Assembly: GCF_964194025.1 (NCBI RefSeq)
Contig: NC_134478.1
Span: forward strand, 36,642,001 to 36,706,000
Reading direction: 5' to 3'
Length of the DNA: 64,000 nucleotides
Origin: Convolutriloba macropyga
Lineage: Eukaryota
The notes beneath the pieces were generated by a model, which was given only the letters and a program-made list of their open reading frames with translations, had not been told where the DNA came from and made no database searches. This document shows positions 1-15,200 of this stretch, one piece after another. Within the stretch, counting starts at the first letter, position 1, and every line of letters starts with the position of its first letter. The translations under genes were made by a program, and so were the position numbers.

Positions 1-3000
1 GTGGAATGAATCTGTTCAAAAATCAGACTTGAAATACCCGCTTTATTGGAGGAATTTGTAAAAGATGTTTTTGAACTATTAATGTCTGCGGCTTGAATGA
101 AATCTTACGTTTGCGGAGCGTTTCGTGCGGTAATTAGTTCATTTGAGCTTGCTGGCATGTGTGATTGACAACTTACTTGTAGTTGCAATGCGTTTTGCAC
201 AAAAATGGATTTGCTTAATAGAATGCGTTTCGCAGCGCGTTTCATTAGATCTAGTTTTGCGACAATGAATTATTCGTCAAATTTTGTGATTCGGGGTGCT
301 ATTAAATTTTGTTCGCGTGATATATGGTCAACTAATCCCATCCGCGTGCCGGGAAAGTGCTGGATTTCAAAAATAAAGGCCAATAATCTCTCAATACAGC
401 GTGTAAGTTGGCAATTGTAAGGATGGTTAAAGCAGGGCGCAGTGTTCTGTTATGATTGTAAATTTTTTTCCGTACAAGTAATACTTAACGTGCTCTATCG
501 CCCATGCGACTTCCAATAACTCAAAGTTGTTCGCGGTATATCTTGTTTCCACAGAGTTTCAGAAACAGTATGCAAAAGCGACCGTTTGCCAACCATCATT
601 GTCCAGATGCGCAGTGGCCGCGCCTAAGCCTTGTCTAGATGCATGGCATTTAATCTTTGTTTTAGCCTGTTTTCAGTTGAATCAGATTTTCACTTCTACT
701 TGCCGGGACAACCTGTGGCATGGTTGCGCCAACATCGAATTTGCACTCTCGAGACGGGTTTGGCTCCGTGATTAAACGATTTCCTTCAATCACTATACAT
801 CGAGGAAGTGCTTCTGTTCAAGATGGACATCGTGTTTGGTAGATCGTTTTTTGGGTATTTCAGTTTTCGAGGGGCAAGAAGCTGTAGATTCGTCGGAATC
901 TTGTTCTTTTTGTCTTCGCTTGCTGAGCCAAGGGCCAACCGGGCGGTTGAGATTTAGTTTTCTTCTTTTTGTTATTAGCTCTGGCTCGTGGATGGATTTT
1001 CTTGAACTTTAGGAGACTTTTTTTGTGAAGGTGGTAGTGTTGAGAGCAGTTTGACTGGCAAGCGTACTCGTAGTGCACGTGTTACAATAGATTTTACCGA
1101 CGAAACCACTCTTGTATCGTCAGTTTGGTTTCTTCGACTGATTCGTTTCTCCCCCTCCATTTTGCGTCGCACGTCCGACGCGTGTTTGGGTATCTTATCC
1201 TCAGTGATCATTCCTGTGGGTGTTTTGGGACGGCAATCAGCGTTCGGTGGGACTGAACTGTCTTTTTCCGTCTGTGCTCCAAATTTATCCATGTCAGATT
1301 TGCGGACTGTGACCTTCATTTTTCCGGCTCCTTAATAACGTTTGTAATTTTGTTCTCTGTGACTACCATTGAACCAGGGGCCAGGACTTTATAAGGTCCT
1401 TGAAGATCTTTTTTAAAGCCTTTGTGGGCCTGTTTTTTTGGCCAGGGAGAGTAGCACTGATTCCTCCCTCCTTGTTATTGGTCTTCCTTGACCATCAATC
1501 TTGGCCAGTCGCGATTCGCCCAGCAGTTTGCTAACTTGTCGGTCTTGAGCCTCTTGGTGGCGTTCGTTATGTTAATTTCATTTTATGTATCGCTCTTTTC
1601 CTGTTTGTCCCATTTGTTGTCAGCTATGAGTTGGGTCCAATTAACCATCTCTTGGTCTAAATATTTATCAATGACACTTCAAACGAGAGTTTCGTTAAAC
1701 TAGTTTCCGTACATATTTTGTTCAGTAGCGTATTTGAGCGTCTTCCAGAATGCACTTCAACAAGCGATGATTTTAGCTTCTCTTATTGCAAGTGCAAAAT
1801 TCATATATTGTTGTTTTCAGTGAGTTTTTCACGTTAAATTGGGACTTAGCGGCTCTTCTGCTACAAGCGAGCAATTGCTTTATTGCTTGAATTAGCAGCT
1901 TAACTAAGCTGATTGCCATATGGCCGTTGATTGGCGCCGCGATTATTTCAAAATTATGCTGTTCACAGAAATTATTTATTTGTTTGCCAGTTCGACAGCG
2001 AGCTTGTTCTAAACGAATGTGGCGTGGCAGGTCAAGCTCAAAAACTTCCATCCACAGAAATTTAGAGAAGCGGTCTGTAAAGGCTAAGAAATAAATTTCT
2101 TGATTTCTGTCGTTATGTATAGTTCCGCCAAAATCTAATTGAAACTCTTCATTAGGTTCACTTCAAGGTTTTTTTGGTTTGCGTTTAGATGAGGGGATAA
2201 CAGGTTTCAGAAGTAGTATGCAAAAGCGACCGTTTGCCAACCATCATTGTCCAGATGCGCAGTGGCCGCGCCTAAGCCTTGTCTAGATGCATGGCATTTA
2301 ATCTTTGTTTTAGCCTGTTTTCAGTTGAATCAGATTTTCACTTCTACTTGCCGTCACAACCTGTGGCGTGATTGCGCCAACATCGAATTTGCACTCTCGA
2401 GACGGGTTTGGCTCCGTGATTAAACGATTTCCTTCAATCACTATACATCGAGGAAGTGCTTCTGTTCAAGATGGACATCGTGTTTGGTAGATCGTTTTTT
2501 GGGTATTTCAGTTTTCGAGGGGCAAGAAGCTGTAGATTCGTCGGAATCTTGTTCTTTTTGTCTTCGCTTGCTGAGCCAAGGGCCAACCGGACGGTTGAGA
2601 TTTAGTTTTCTTCTTTTTGTTATTAGCTCTGGCTCGTGGATGGATTTTCTTGAACTTTAGGAGACTTTTTTTGTGAAGGTGGTAGTGTTGAGAGCAGTTT
2701 GACTGGCAAGCGTACTCGTAGTGCACGTGTTACAATAGATTTTACCGACGAAACCACTCTTGTATCGTCAGTTTGGTTTCTTCGACTGATTCGTTTCTCC
2801 CCCTCCATTTTGCGTCGCACGTCCGACGCGTGTTTGGGTATCTTATCCTCAGTGATCATTCCTGTGGGTGTTTTGGGACGGCAATCAGCGTTCGGTGGGA
2901 CTGAACTGTCTTTTTCCGTCTGTGCTCCAAATTTATCCATGTCAGATTTGCGGACTGTGACCTTCATTTTTCCGGCTCCTTAATAACGTTTGTAATTTTG

Positions 3001-6000
3001 TTCCCTGTGACTACCATTGAACCAGGGGCCAGGACTTTATAAGGTCCTTGAAGATCTTTTTTAAAGCCTTTGTGGGCCTGTTTTTTTGGCCAGGGAGAGT
3101 AGCACTGATTCCTCCCTCCTTGTTATTGGTCTTCCTTGACCATCAATCTTGGCCAGTCGCGATTCGCCCAGCAGTTTGCTAACTTGTCGGTCTTGAGCCT
3201 CTTGGTGGCGTTCGTTATGTTAATTTCATTTTATGTATCGCTCTTTTCCTGTTTGTCCCATTTGTTGTCAGCTATGAGTTGGGTCCAATTAACCATCTCT
3301 TGGTCTAAATATTTATCAATGACACTTCAAACGAGAGTTTCGTTAAACTAGTTTCCGCACATATTTTGTTCAGTAGCGTATTTGAGCGTCTTCCAGAATG
3401 CACTTCAACAAGCGATGATTTTAGCTTCTCTTATTGCAAGTGCAAAATTCATATATTGTTGTTTTCAGTGAGTTTTTCGCGTTAAACTGGGACTTAGCGG
3501 CTCTTCTGCTACAAGCGAGCAATTGCTTTATTGCTTGAATTAGCAGCTTAACTAAGCTGATTGCCATATGGCCGTTGATTGGCGCCGCGATTATTTCAAT
3601 ATTATGCTGTTCACAGAAATTATTTATTTGTTTGCCAGTTCGACAGCGAGCTTGTTCTAAACGAATGTGGCGTGGCAGGTCAAGCTCAAAAACTTCCACC
3701 CACAGAAATTTAGAGAAGCGGTCTGTAAAGGCTAAGAAATAAATTTCTTGATTTCTGTCGTTATGTATAGTTCCGCCAAAATCTAATTGAAACTCTTCAT
3801 TAGGTTCACTTCAAGGTTTTTTTGGTTTGCGTTTAGATGAGGGGATAACAGGTTTCAGAAGTAGTATGCAAAAGCGACCGTTTGCCAACCATCATTGTCC
3901 AGATGCGCAGTGGCCGCGCCTAAGCCTTGTCTAGATGCATGGCATTTAATCTTTGTTTTAGCCTGTTTTCAGTTGAATCAGATTTTCACTTCTACTTGCC
4001 GTCACAACCTGTGGCGTGATTGCGCCAACATCGAATTTGCACTCTCGAGACGGGTTTGGCTCCGTGATTAAACGATTTCCTTCAATCACTATACATCGAG
4101 GAAGTGCTTCTGTTCAAGATGGACATCGTGTTTGGTAGATCGTTTTTTGGGTACTTCAGTTTTCGAGGGGCAAGAAGCTGTAGATTCGTCGGAATCTTGT
4201 TCTTTTTGTCTTCGCTTGCTGAGCCAAGGGCCAACCGGACGGTTGAGATTTAGTTTTCTTCTTTTTGTTATTAGCTCTGGCTCGTGGATGGATTTTCTTG
4301 AGCTTTAGGAGACTTTTTTTGTGAAGGTGGTAGTGTTGAGAGCAGTTTGACTGGCAAGCGTACTCGTAGTGCACGTGTTACAATAGATTTTACCGACGAA
4401 ACCACTCTTGTATCGTCAGTTTGGTTTCTTCGACTGATTCGTTTCTCCCCCTCCATTTTGCGTCGCACGTCCGACGCGTGTTTGGGTATCTTATCCTCAG
4501 TGATCATTCCTGTGGGTGTTTTGGGACGGCAATCAGCGTTCGGTGGGACTGAACTGTCTTTTTCCGTCTGTGCTCCAAATTTATCCATGTCAGATTTGCG
4601 GACTGTGACCTTCATTTTTCCGGCTCCTTAATAACGTTTGTAATTTTGTTCTCTGTGACTACCATTGAACCAGGGGCCAGGACTTTATAAGGTCCTTGAA
4701 GATCTTTTTTAAAGCCTTTGTGGGCCTGTTTTTTTGGCCAGGGAGAGTAGCACTGATTCCTCCCTCCTTGTTATTGGTCTTCCTTGACCTTTAATCTTGG
4801 CCAGTCGCGATTCGCCCAGCAGTTTGCCAACTTGTCGGTCTTGAGCCTCTTGGTGGCGTTCGTTATGTTAATTTCATTTTATGTATCGCTCTTTTCCTGT
4901 TTGTCCCATTTGTTGTCAGCTATGAGTTGGGTCCAATTAACCATTTCTTGGTCTAAATATTTATCAATGACACTTCAAACGAGAGTTTCGTTAAACTAGT
5001 TTCCGTACATTTTTTGTTCAGTAGCGTATTTGAGCGTCTTCCAGAATGCACTTCAACATGCGATGATTTTACCTTCTCTGATTGCAAGTGCAAAGTTCAT
5101 ATATTGTTGTTTTTAGTGAGTTTTTCACGTTAAATTGGGACTTAGCGGCTTTTCTGCTACAAGCGAGGAATCGTTTTATTGCTTTAATTAGCCGCCTAAC
5201 GAGGCTGATTGCCATATGGTCATTGATTGGCGCCGCAATTATTTCAAAATTATGCTGTTCACAGAAATTACCTATTTGTTTGCCAGTTCGACAGTGAGCT
5301 TGCTCTAAACGAATGTGGCGCTGTACATCATGCTCAAAAACTTCCACCGACAGAAACTTAGAGAAGCGGTCTGTAAAGGCTAAAAAATAAATTTCTTGAT
5401 TTCTGTCGTTATATATAGGTCGCCAAAATCTAATTGAAACTCTTCATTTAGAGTTCACTTCAATGTTTTTTTGGTTTGCATTTAGATGAGGGGATAAGAG
5501 GTTTCAAGTTTCTCTTTCTTTTCATTCACGGTGTGTATTTGGCGGTGTTGGTTAAGAGTTCACCGTTCAAAAGAGGCTCCAGGCGTGGATGGCAATATCG
5601 GTCATTCCCCCAAATTCCGGGATGAGTACCGTGGATAAAATCTACACAAGCGTCTTTTATCTTGTGGGGTATCGCAATGTTGTCAATTATGCGCAAGCAG
5701 CCTGACGTGACATGCAGATAGAGCCAAATTGAGTCGATGTATGGGCTTATCCAATTACAACGTTCTTCGTTGTTGGTTACCACGAAGTCGCGTACATCCT
5801 TCAAGATTGGGTCTTTGGTTGTCGGATTGGCAAGCAATTTCCTGGTGGAAAATTTGCTGAGCGCTCAGTTGAAGGCGTCCCCATATATTTCCGTTGATAT
5901 GCTTGGTGTTAACATCGGGGTGCGCTAGGCATCAGTAGATGGCGTACCGAGTTTTTGCTGGGCATTTGTGGCCGGGCTTTCATTTTGTTCGTCAAAGTGC

Positions 6001-7265
6001 GCTCTTGTCTGTGTATCCGTTGTTTACTTTTGGAAGGTCACTTCGTTGGGGTTGATGAAATTTTTTGCTATTTCTTCGAAATTAGAGAATTTATGATCAA
6101 ACTTACTTCTGGCTGACAAATTGGTGGAATGAATCTGTTCAAAAATCTGACTTGAAAAACCCGCTTTATTGAAGGAATTTGTAGAATTTGTTTTTGCACT
6201 ATTAATGTCTGCGGTTTGAATGAAATCTTCCGTTTGCGGAGCGTTTCTTGCGGTAATTAGTTCATTTGAGCTTGCTGGCAAGTGTGATTGACAACTTACT
6301 TGTAGTTGCGGCGCGTTTTGCAAAAAAATGAATTTGCTTAATAGAATGCGTTTCGCAGCGCGTTTCATTAGATCTAGTTTTGCGACAATGAATTATTCGT
6401 CATATTTTGTGATTCTGGGTGCTATTAAATTTTGTTCGCGTGATATATGGTCAACTAATCCCATACGCGTGCCGAGAAAGTGCTGGATTTCAAAATTAAA
6501 GGCCAATAATCTTTCAATACAGCGTGTAAGTTGGCAATTGTAAGACTTGTTAAAGCAGGGCACGGTGTTCTGCTATGATTGTAAATTTTTTTTCCGTACA
6601 AGTTATACTTAAAGTGCTCTATCGCCCATGCGACTCCCAAGAATTCAAAGTTGTTCGCGGTATATCTTGTTTCCACAAAGTTTAAGAAACAGTATGCAAA
6701 GGCGACCGTTTGCCAACCCTCATGGTCCAGTTGCGCAAGCGCCGCGCCTAAGCCTTGTCTAGATGCAAGGCATTTTATCTTTGTTTTAGCCTGTTTTCAG
6801 TTGAATCAGATTTTCGCTTCTACTTGCTGGGACAACCTGGGGCGTGATTGCGCCAGCATCGAATTTGCACTCTTGAGACGGGTTTGGCTCCGTGATTAAA
6901 TGATTTCCTTCAATCACTGTAGATCTAGGAAGTGCTTCTTTTCACGATGGACATCGTGTTTGATAGATCGTTCGTTTTTTTTGGGTAATTCAGTTTTCGA
7001 GGGGCAGGAAATAACATTTGGGAAGGTTTATTCTCAAACTATTCTCATGCAGTTTTTTCAGGCATTTTCGGACTAGTTTCATGCTATCTTCCACAGTACC
7101 ACTTAAAATTAGTGTGTCGTATAGAAAACTGTACGTGTTCGTTAGGCCTATAAGTGTTCTGTCTATCGCTTTTTGGATTTCGGCCAGCATAGCTCTTAGG
7201 CTGTAAAATCCTGTTTTAAAACGGTACGTGCCGGCCATATCGCCGCTCGGAAAGTTAAAATTTCA
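1..7265 (-). mobile_element. Degenerate, internally rearranged Ty3/Gypsy LTR-retrotransposon pol remnant (RT, RNase H, integrase and 3' tail fragments)
   Basis: Minus-strand fragments in Gypsy order: RT (6990-7238, GTYRFKTGFYSL..AEIQKAID, degenerate YxDD, KCYF), RNase H (6455-6790, DAS-like motif, RYTANNFEFLGVAWAIEHFKYNLYG), integrase zinc-finger region (5526-5837, H-G-T-H-P-G) and integrase core (5069-5450, EFQLDFG/DRFSK-like). Many stops and frameshifts; no LTR seen. 1-555 is a diverged copy of 6124-6680. Confidence 0.9.
556..5500. repeat. Three near-identical tandem copies of a 1,648-bp Gypsy-derived unit (RNase H piece + 3' tail + integrase core)
   Basis: Identical ORFs recur at 975/2623/4271, 1051/2699/4347 and 1773/3421/5069 (period 1,648). 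Junction GTTTCA at 556, 2204, 3852 and 5501. Confidence 0.95.
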
Positions 7266-8199
7266 AGTGACGACCCCGTGCCAAATTCATAAATGAATGT
7301 TTAATGGAGCCATTATGATCAAGAAAATTTTGGAGCTTTACCTTTCACAATTGCGGACCTTTTGGATTCGTCTCCGGCTTTACCGTTGAGAAAGAATGCA
7401 AAGATATACCAATTAATGTTTGATTTAGAAAAATGAATTTTCAGATATTGAAGCTATAATAATATATCGCCTAATTATCCTCGTCTATTTTTTTCGAATA
7501 GCATTGAACCTATTGAAGATGATCTGCTTTTCTTGCTTTTGCTAGCAATTTTAATATCGCCAAGAGAACAACACGTTTTTTAAACACCACTTGGAGATTA
7601 ATCCTTTGAAATTTCAATTTTTGCAGTCATGTCTGTGAACCGTAAATCAAGTTTAAATCAAGAAGTACTCGTCAACAAATCACAAAACTAGTTCAATGTC
7701 AAAAGACTGCTGTGTGTAGTTTAAGTACGCGTACTGCAAATCCAGTGCTCTGAAATCAACATCGATGGCAAATAACGAATTTTTAAATTTTTGCAGATTG
7801 TATCTATTAAGATTTCAAGGTTTGGCTTTTAATATTTGTTATTGTATAATGTTTCATTTAAATCTTTGGTAATTTTTGATCTAAACAATATTGTAGATCG
7901 AACAATATGTGATTTTGAACTCTTAATTACTGTGATTGCCCCCGGAAAATCTCAAGCCACTCGATCTTTGATCGGATATCATTCTCCATCCTACCTGATT
8001 TACGGATTGGAGAGGCTTGCTATGTTGTAGTGATAGCCCTAAGTTTGATAATGATCTCTCCTCAATAGTGAACGAAGTCCATCTGCTAACACTGTGATAT
8101 CTCCAAGAAATTATGATGAGCTACCATTGTGATGAGTTTAAAAAATAAATTAAATGACTGAGAATTGTGGCATTCTATTAGAAACAACAAAGTGAGATT

Positions 8200-9245
8200 G
8201 CTTTGTTAGTAAAAAGGAACCCAGAACCCTGCAACAACAAAACGGGAAATCCGTGGGCAACTATACTACACTAATTAAGATAAGCTTAGTCCTATCAAAG
8301 TAATTTCATTACGCAAAACCCAAAATTTCCTCAAACACAGGGGAGAAATCAAAACGGCTACTTGAAAATCTAACCGACGAGTCTGTGATGATATAATTTC
8401 TTGGAAACAAATAAAAAGTCCAAAAGGCTGCATCAGCAATAAAACAAAAAAAGCTTGTGCAAAAAAGCAGCAATTGTGCAAAAACGACATTGATGTGAAA
8501 ACTATAAAAAGTAGAGAACAAAATAGCCAACAAAAATTACAACCTGAGGATTTAGTGCAGAAAGCAAAAAAAACAATGAGCAAAGAACTCAAGTATTTTT
8601 CAGGAAAAGGACGCAAAAAGAACATTTTTTTTACAGGCATCTGCGAAAAATACTAAAAATAAAAAGAAGCAACTGACACAATTTCTTCTGATAACCACTG
8701 ATGCCAATTGAAACGCAGGTGCTTCCTTTGAAATTAACGTCGTTTTGGTAAAAACAAGTGAAACGCTTATGAGTTCAACTAAAAATTACTCAAAACAATT
8801 AATCTTGTCTTAAATGAATACTTAGCCATGAGTTCTAATAAGATCGTAGATTAGGCAGAACACAGATAAAATTTAAAGTAGGCCAAAGTAGAGCCAATTT
8901 TTAAAATCCCTCTACTTTTTGACCCATTCCTTCTTAAATCCAGTATTCAGCAAATTGTTTGAGAATATAACATATGTAGAATGATGTCTTGTATTTTGAA
9001 AGAAAAAACTCTTACCAACAAACAATTTGGTTTTCTTAGCAACAGCAGATGCCATTATTTTCTTACAAGAAAAATGGATCTTCAATAGAAGAGTGTAATG
9101 TCTCGTTGCACGTTGTTGGACCAACCGAAAGCCGTTGATACAGTTGATTACGAAATGCTCATAGAAAAATGTTACGGATATCACTTTGAAGGCAAATTGA
9201 AAGATCTTCTAGAATCATACCTCAACAACAGACAACTTTATCTTT
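8200..9245 (+). pseudogene. Decayed non-LTR (CR1/L2-like LINE) ORF2 fragment, reverse-transcriptase N-terminal half
   Basis: Manual translation gives AKVEPIFK (~8880), FSKLFE, QFGF (~9022) and LDQPKAVDTVDYEMLIEKCYGY..LLESYLNNRQ (9116-9240), matching the LINE RT DLxKAFDxV...SYLxxR motifs. Confidence 0.75.
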
Positions 9246-12200
9246 GCATTGTCAAAGATTTCCTTATCAAGAGATGACTGCTACAAAAAAACTTACAAGT
9301 GACATGTTGGCGCCAAACATTTGTTTCATTGACATATAAATAATGTTTGACAAAAGTTTAATCACTTTTTTTCGGTTTTTTTTCAAATTAGAAAAGTACC
9401 TTAGCAGAAGGTTGCTTTTAAAGACATAAGAACTCTATGTACAACCGCAATAAAAATAAGGAATTCATTTTTACGGATTATCAGAAAAGTCCGATCTTTG
9501 TAATTAACAGCATCCGCAAAATTTTTTTCCTGAAGATAATTTTTCGAAACGAAAACGAGTAAGATCTTGTAAATCGAAAGACAAAATAGCTCCAATTTTT
9601 GAACTATTAATTTTTGAGCTTCTGAGACTGTTATCTAAAGTTGTGATGAAAAAACACCCCAGCAAAAAATCCGTCTGCATAACAAATAGAGAAACAGAGA
9701 GATCGCTTTCTAATGAGAGGTGGATAACAATATATTTCACAGAAAAGTTGACAAATACCAAAAAGAAGCGCATATCCGTTCATATTCGAATTCTTTATAA
9801 CTCTCTCGCGAAATTTGACATAAACATAATTAAAACTATAATTGCGATTTTTAAAAATCTGAAAAAAACTAACATTTTTTGGATAATTTTATTTTTGATT
9901 CTATGTCTTTTGAAAATTTATTCTGAAAGATTTTTCGACAAAAACAAAGAAAACAGTTTCTTTTTCTTGTTTTTGGCCTTCTATTTAGTATTTACAAACA
10001 TTTCATCTTTGTTTTTACCTTTAAGCGACATTTGTATAAAGTACTATAGATTTGGGTTGCTAGATAAAGCTTTTCTTACTTTATTTGGATTATTTTGACT
10101 GCTCGCTTTTATGTGAAAAGTTTGATCAAAAATTACTTCAATCGCGCATGATAGTGCAGCAATTGAATTCAAACGGTTCTGAAACGGTGCCCATACAGGC
10201 AAAAATGCATCCTAGCATCCGTTCGTTATTAACTTTAGTTATTATTACAATCGTACTGAGAACCAGTTTATTATTACTCTGAGTAAAAAAAAAGTAGACT
10301 CCCAACCCGGTAGATCGCTTCGCGTAAATCCCGGAAATGTTATCTATGGTTATCAGAAGAAATGCGTAGCAAATGGACGAAGTTTTCACCTATATCTTGC
10401 TCAGCTCATATGATATCGTAAAATGCGAATTGTTGGCAACTTTTATGAACGATTATCAACCTAAGAAATATACATTGATCAGAATTCAGAAAAGTTACGT
10501 TTTCGAAAAAGTTTCTTGTGTCTGGCTGGACTTTTGGGAACATGAAGTTTGCACTACATAATCTTTAAGAAGCTAAACTGAGTCAACTTCTGCTGCATAT
10601 TTTGCTTAATCAGTAAGTTATAAGTTTACACGTTCAGCGAAACCCTGTTGGTGCAGCTTGCCCAATGTCATGAGAATGCGAAAGATGAACAATTTTAAAA
10701 GAATGCGGCTAATAAAATTTTGCAAATGTGCATAGATTTGTCCGCCTTTGTTTTTCCAATTCTGAAATTTTCCATTAGCACACAAGTTGTAAATAATGAA
10801 ATGGTATTCCAGAGTTTTATGGTTGTGTAAATTGGGCGAATTGCGCCTTTTAATTTACAACAGACTGTAATCTTTACGACTCTCTGCGGGATCAAAAGCA
10901 CAACATGGATCCACAACCAATGTTCCAACACGGCATATGTCAAACAAACAACGACCACCAAATCAAATTTAAAAAATAAAAACAGACCACTTCAATTTTG
11001 TTATACATAGAGGAAAGGGAAGATACATGTAACATGTAAAATTGGGGTCAAATGTGTCACAAATATCATGAAGAAACTTGAGAGTGAACAACTCAAACTA
11101 TAGAGGAACCCAGAACTTGCCACTGAAAGGTTTATCCGTTCAGTGTCTCCTGCGAAGTGATATCTCTTGCACTTTCAAGTGATTTTACCCAAAAAAAATA
11201 CATTCAAATAATTATACGCCAAAAATGTACTAGATAAGAGATATTGTGATAACCGTCAAGCTCACTCAGAGCACGTCTCGAGTGCACTAGAGTCCGTTAA
11301 GAATATTTTCTGAAACATTAGAAAAGAATTTCATCAATAGTATCAAAAATTGCATTTATTGCTAACTTTTTTACCCGGAAACAATGAAAAAAACTATTGA
11401 ACAGTCAGCAGAAAAAAGAACACAGGTATGAAACCCGGATATCAAAAATGCTCATTTGGTTGGAGTAAACAGAGCACAAAATGTGAAAAACTTTACAAAA
11501 TATAATTAAAACGTTAGTTTTTGCATTTTTTATCTCAAAAATTTTTGAAAAATGGGAATATCACCTTTTTACGCAATATTTATTATACCGCATATTTTAT
11601 ATATACTCATTTGTTATTTTCGTCGGCGAAAAACTTATTTATTAAGAAGGGTTTTATTAAGAGGAAATGAACAAAACATAATCGGTAAGTGATTAAACAC
11701 AAGTCCCTCGGATTACTAATTGTGGGATTTAAAGACTAACTGTTGATTAGCACTTCCTAATATCTCCCCTCGTGCGACATTTTTGTCTCTGAAAGATATA
11801 TCAAACACTTGATATCCAATTTCGCAAAATAAAAATTTAGCCGAAATGAAGGTTAGAGCGGAAAAAAGTGAAAAAGAAAAATAACTCCTTTGTTGTCCAA
11901 AAGAAAGTGCTGTTTAGCAGGTAATGCCCAGAAACAATAAAAAAACTACATTTGTACATTTGCTATTGATTATCTGCTAGAATGCTTGGTTTTTGTAAAT
12001 TAAATTTCCTAAATTTTGCGGAAAAAATAGCAAACATTGAAAAGCTTTAATATTTTACTTAATTAAATTTCCGATTGGTGGTGACAACCTAGAGCTTTAA
12101 TTTGACGTCACACTTAAATAAAGCATAAAGTATTGCGTAAAAAATAGTTCGAAAAACAATTAATTTTTTTTTCTTTTATCTTCTACTCCAATACGGCGCA

Positions 12201-15200
12201 ACTTAATTATTTGCTGGAAAAATATGTTTTCAAAATAATTCTCAATTGGAAAAAAATTCGGTCCAACATATTTTGAGATCTGAGATATTTGTTTTGGAAC
12301 TATCAGTGATTGAATTGGTGGGAAAAGGCAAAAAATGAAACAAGTTGAGGGACTCTGACAAATGTTATTTTGTTTATTGTCGACTACCCTAAGACATTGA
12401 TTCTCCTTGCACTGAAAACTAGCGCAATTGACAAAAAACTTTTGACGATTAAAAAACCTCAAAATGTAAATTTACAAAACCAAAAATAGAGGCTTACTTC
12501 AATTTTCTTTCGCGGTCGTTAAAAAATAAAGGATTAATTGCAGTACAATGCATTTATCTATGAAAAGAAAAATTGAACATATAGAAAAATTTAACACAAA
12601 ATTGACACAAACTATGTAAAACAAAAAACTCGGTGATGTTCGTTTGCACATAATGTTCGGCTCCACTCAACATCATTTTTGACTGAATTATCTTCCAAAT
12701 AAGGAAGAGATAGAAAACTTTTAAAATTTGACATTATTTTCAAAAATAAATGGTGTATGCATAAAAAAATTTTAAAATCAAACCCTTAAACGATGTAAAC
12801 AAAGCCGTTGTAGAGGCCGACAAAAGTTGAGGGCAATGAGGGTACGAGACAAAACAAGTAAAAAAAATCCAAATAACAAAACCAACCATTATCTACGACC
12901 AAAAGTCAATGTCGACTTTTTTTTTAAAACTTAACAATGTCAAAGCGTGTTCACCGAAAACTTAAAATAATTAAATTAACTTGTACTTTTCTGACACGAT
13001 ATTTGGCTTGAAGTTAAGAAAAGTAGGCAGCAAGTAGAAAAAGAACTAAACGGCAACGTTAACAATACGATTATTTCTTTAAATTACTTTTTATAATATG
13101 ATTACTTTTTATGAAATACGATCAGTAACTACGAAAACTTTTTAGAAAAAAGTCATAAAGATCTTCAGTTTTTAACTAAAATTAATACAGAAGATGATCT
13201 ATTTTTAAATCCATAGGAAGCCTTTCAGATCATACCTTATCCATAATATTTTTAAAGAATGACAAATACTTTTAACAAAAAACTACTGAAAATCAATGTC
13301 AAAGCCATTAAAAATTTTTAAGCAATTAGCTGATTAAAAACATGTAACATTGGACACGCTGTCAATGCCAATGGTAGCTGTGTTGATTCTTTTATTACTA
13401 CAAGACAACATAAAAAACTCAACTTTTGGCAAATAGTCCAAAATCATAAAATAGACAAATAGTGGACAATATACAAAAAATTACTGTTTTTTTAGAACAT
13501 TTATATTTACAGTGGCAAAAATCATTATCTTTGGACTGAAATCTTTACAAAAGTGACTTTTCACATTATAAATCATTCAGACTTGTATATATCCAGAATA
13601 TGTCATACGACTAGAAAATAGAACAACAAATATAGTTTAAAAAAATCAAATGTTTGCGAGAAAACCGCGCATAGGCCGTCAAAATCATACATTCTGTACG
13701 AACATTAGATACAATCATTCGCGTTGCATATCAACGCCATCATTGTGTGATATGCGACCTGCCATCAATGCAAAACTATGACAAAAACAAAGATTCTTAG
13801 AAAACGGCCAACGTCCAAAGATCAAACACTTAGAGTACTCAGAGCCAAAAATTATATATTTAAACATAAAATTTCATCGCATTATTACAAGAAAGTGTGA
13901 CCTTTCAGCTAAAATTAAGTTACAAATTGACAAAAGGGTTACATATTTGGCAAAAGATCAAAATTCCACTGTTTTTAATTGAAAGCAAATACTTTTTCAC
14001 AGAATAAGGTTTCACAAAACACTGAACAACTTCATTTGTAGATCATTGGGACTCGAATTGAACTTGTCAACCTTGATACAGTCATAAAACTACAAATTAA
14101 AAAAAAAATTTCCAAAGCAAATTTACGCAAACACAATGTTTAAGTCATAAAAACCACGAGATTTTTACTGAGTTTACATTTTTCGGGCCTTATTTGCAAG
14201 TCCATTAACTTATATTCAAGAATCATTAATATTATCCCAGTAAATTACATGAAACAAACAAAGCCTGGAAAAAAAATAAAAGGGAAGCGCACTTAAGGAT
14301 TCAGATAATTTTTTTACTGCAAAGAGCACGATTAGAAGAAACTAGCCTTGATATTGCGGCATATCCTTTATAAAAATAAACCGAGACTAGAATTTGACAA
14401 AAAAAGTCAAGAAATGACAAAATTGAATAAAATAAGAATTAAACAAAAATGAAAAATGAATAATGAAATGACAAAAATGAATGAAAAAAATTAATAATGA
14501 CCAAAAATGAATAAAGATGCAGAAATAAAACTAGCTCTCTTTGGAGTTTGAGAAAATTTAGTCAGCAGTTTTTAGACTTTTACATCTGGCAAACTTAAAA
14601 AACCTGTGCTATAGAATGGCCGACTGTATAAAAAAAATTAGCCAAAATGTTGGCCAAAAATTCTGATGAAACAGTTTAGCCACACTCCTCTGTCTTCGAA
14701 GTTTAAACCAATCACTATTGGTATTGGTTACAATTTTGGCATAATTTCAAGCAAAATTGACAATAAAATTGAGCAAAAATACGGCAAATGCGACATACCT
14801 TTAGCAATGCAAGAAATCTCGGAGCACGAAATGAGGTCAAATATGAAGAATAAATGGTTTAATAGGTTCCAGAAACCATAGAGCATTATGCGAAAATAAA
14901 TGATTCAAGAAAGGATTAATTGAATTCCGAGAGCTCTCAAAAGTCCGCAGTTCATATTTATGCAACTCAGAATTATATTTTAATTATTCAAACCAAATTC
15001 ACTGTGTTGGCTCATATCATCGTGTAGTAGACAAGGTATGTTGGGATAATTTCGCATATAATGTCCTGCAACCCCCCCCCCCCCCCATTAAGCTTGACGC
15101 ATAGTTTCCAACCAAAAATTTTCAATCAAATGATGGAGAAAAAATTTTCTCCAAATGATGGAGAAAAACGAGACAGCCAGAAAAATTATTGAACTTGGTT

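Noticed and set aside
205-4999. Plus-strand ORFs repeated three times
   Set aside because: Antisense shadows of the Gypsy remnant, copied by the tandem duplication.
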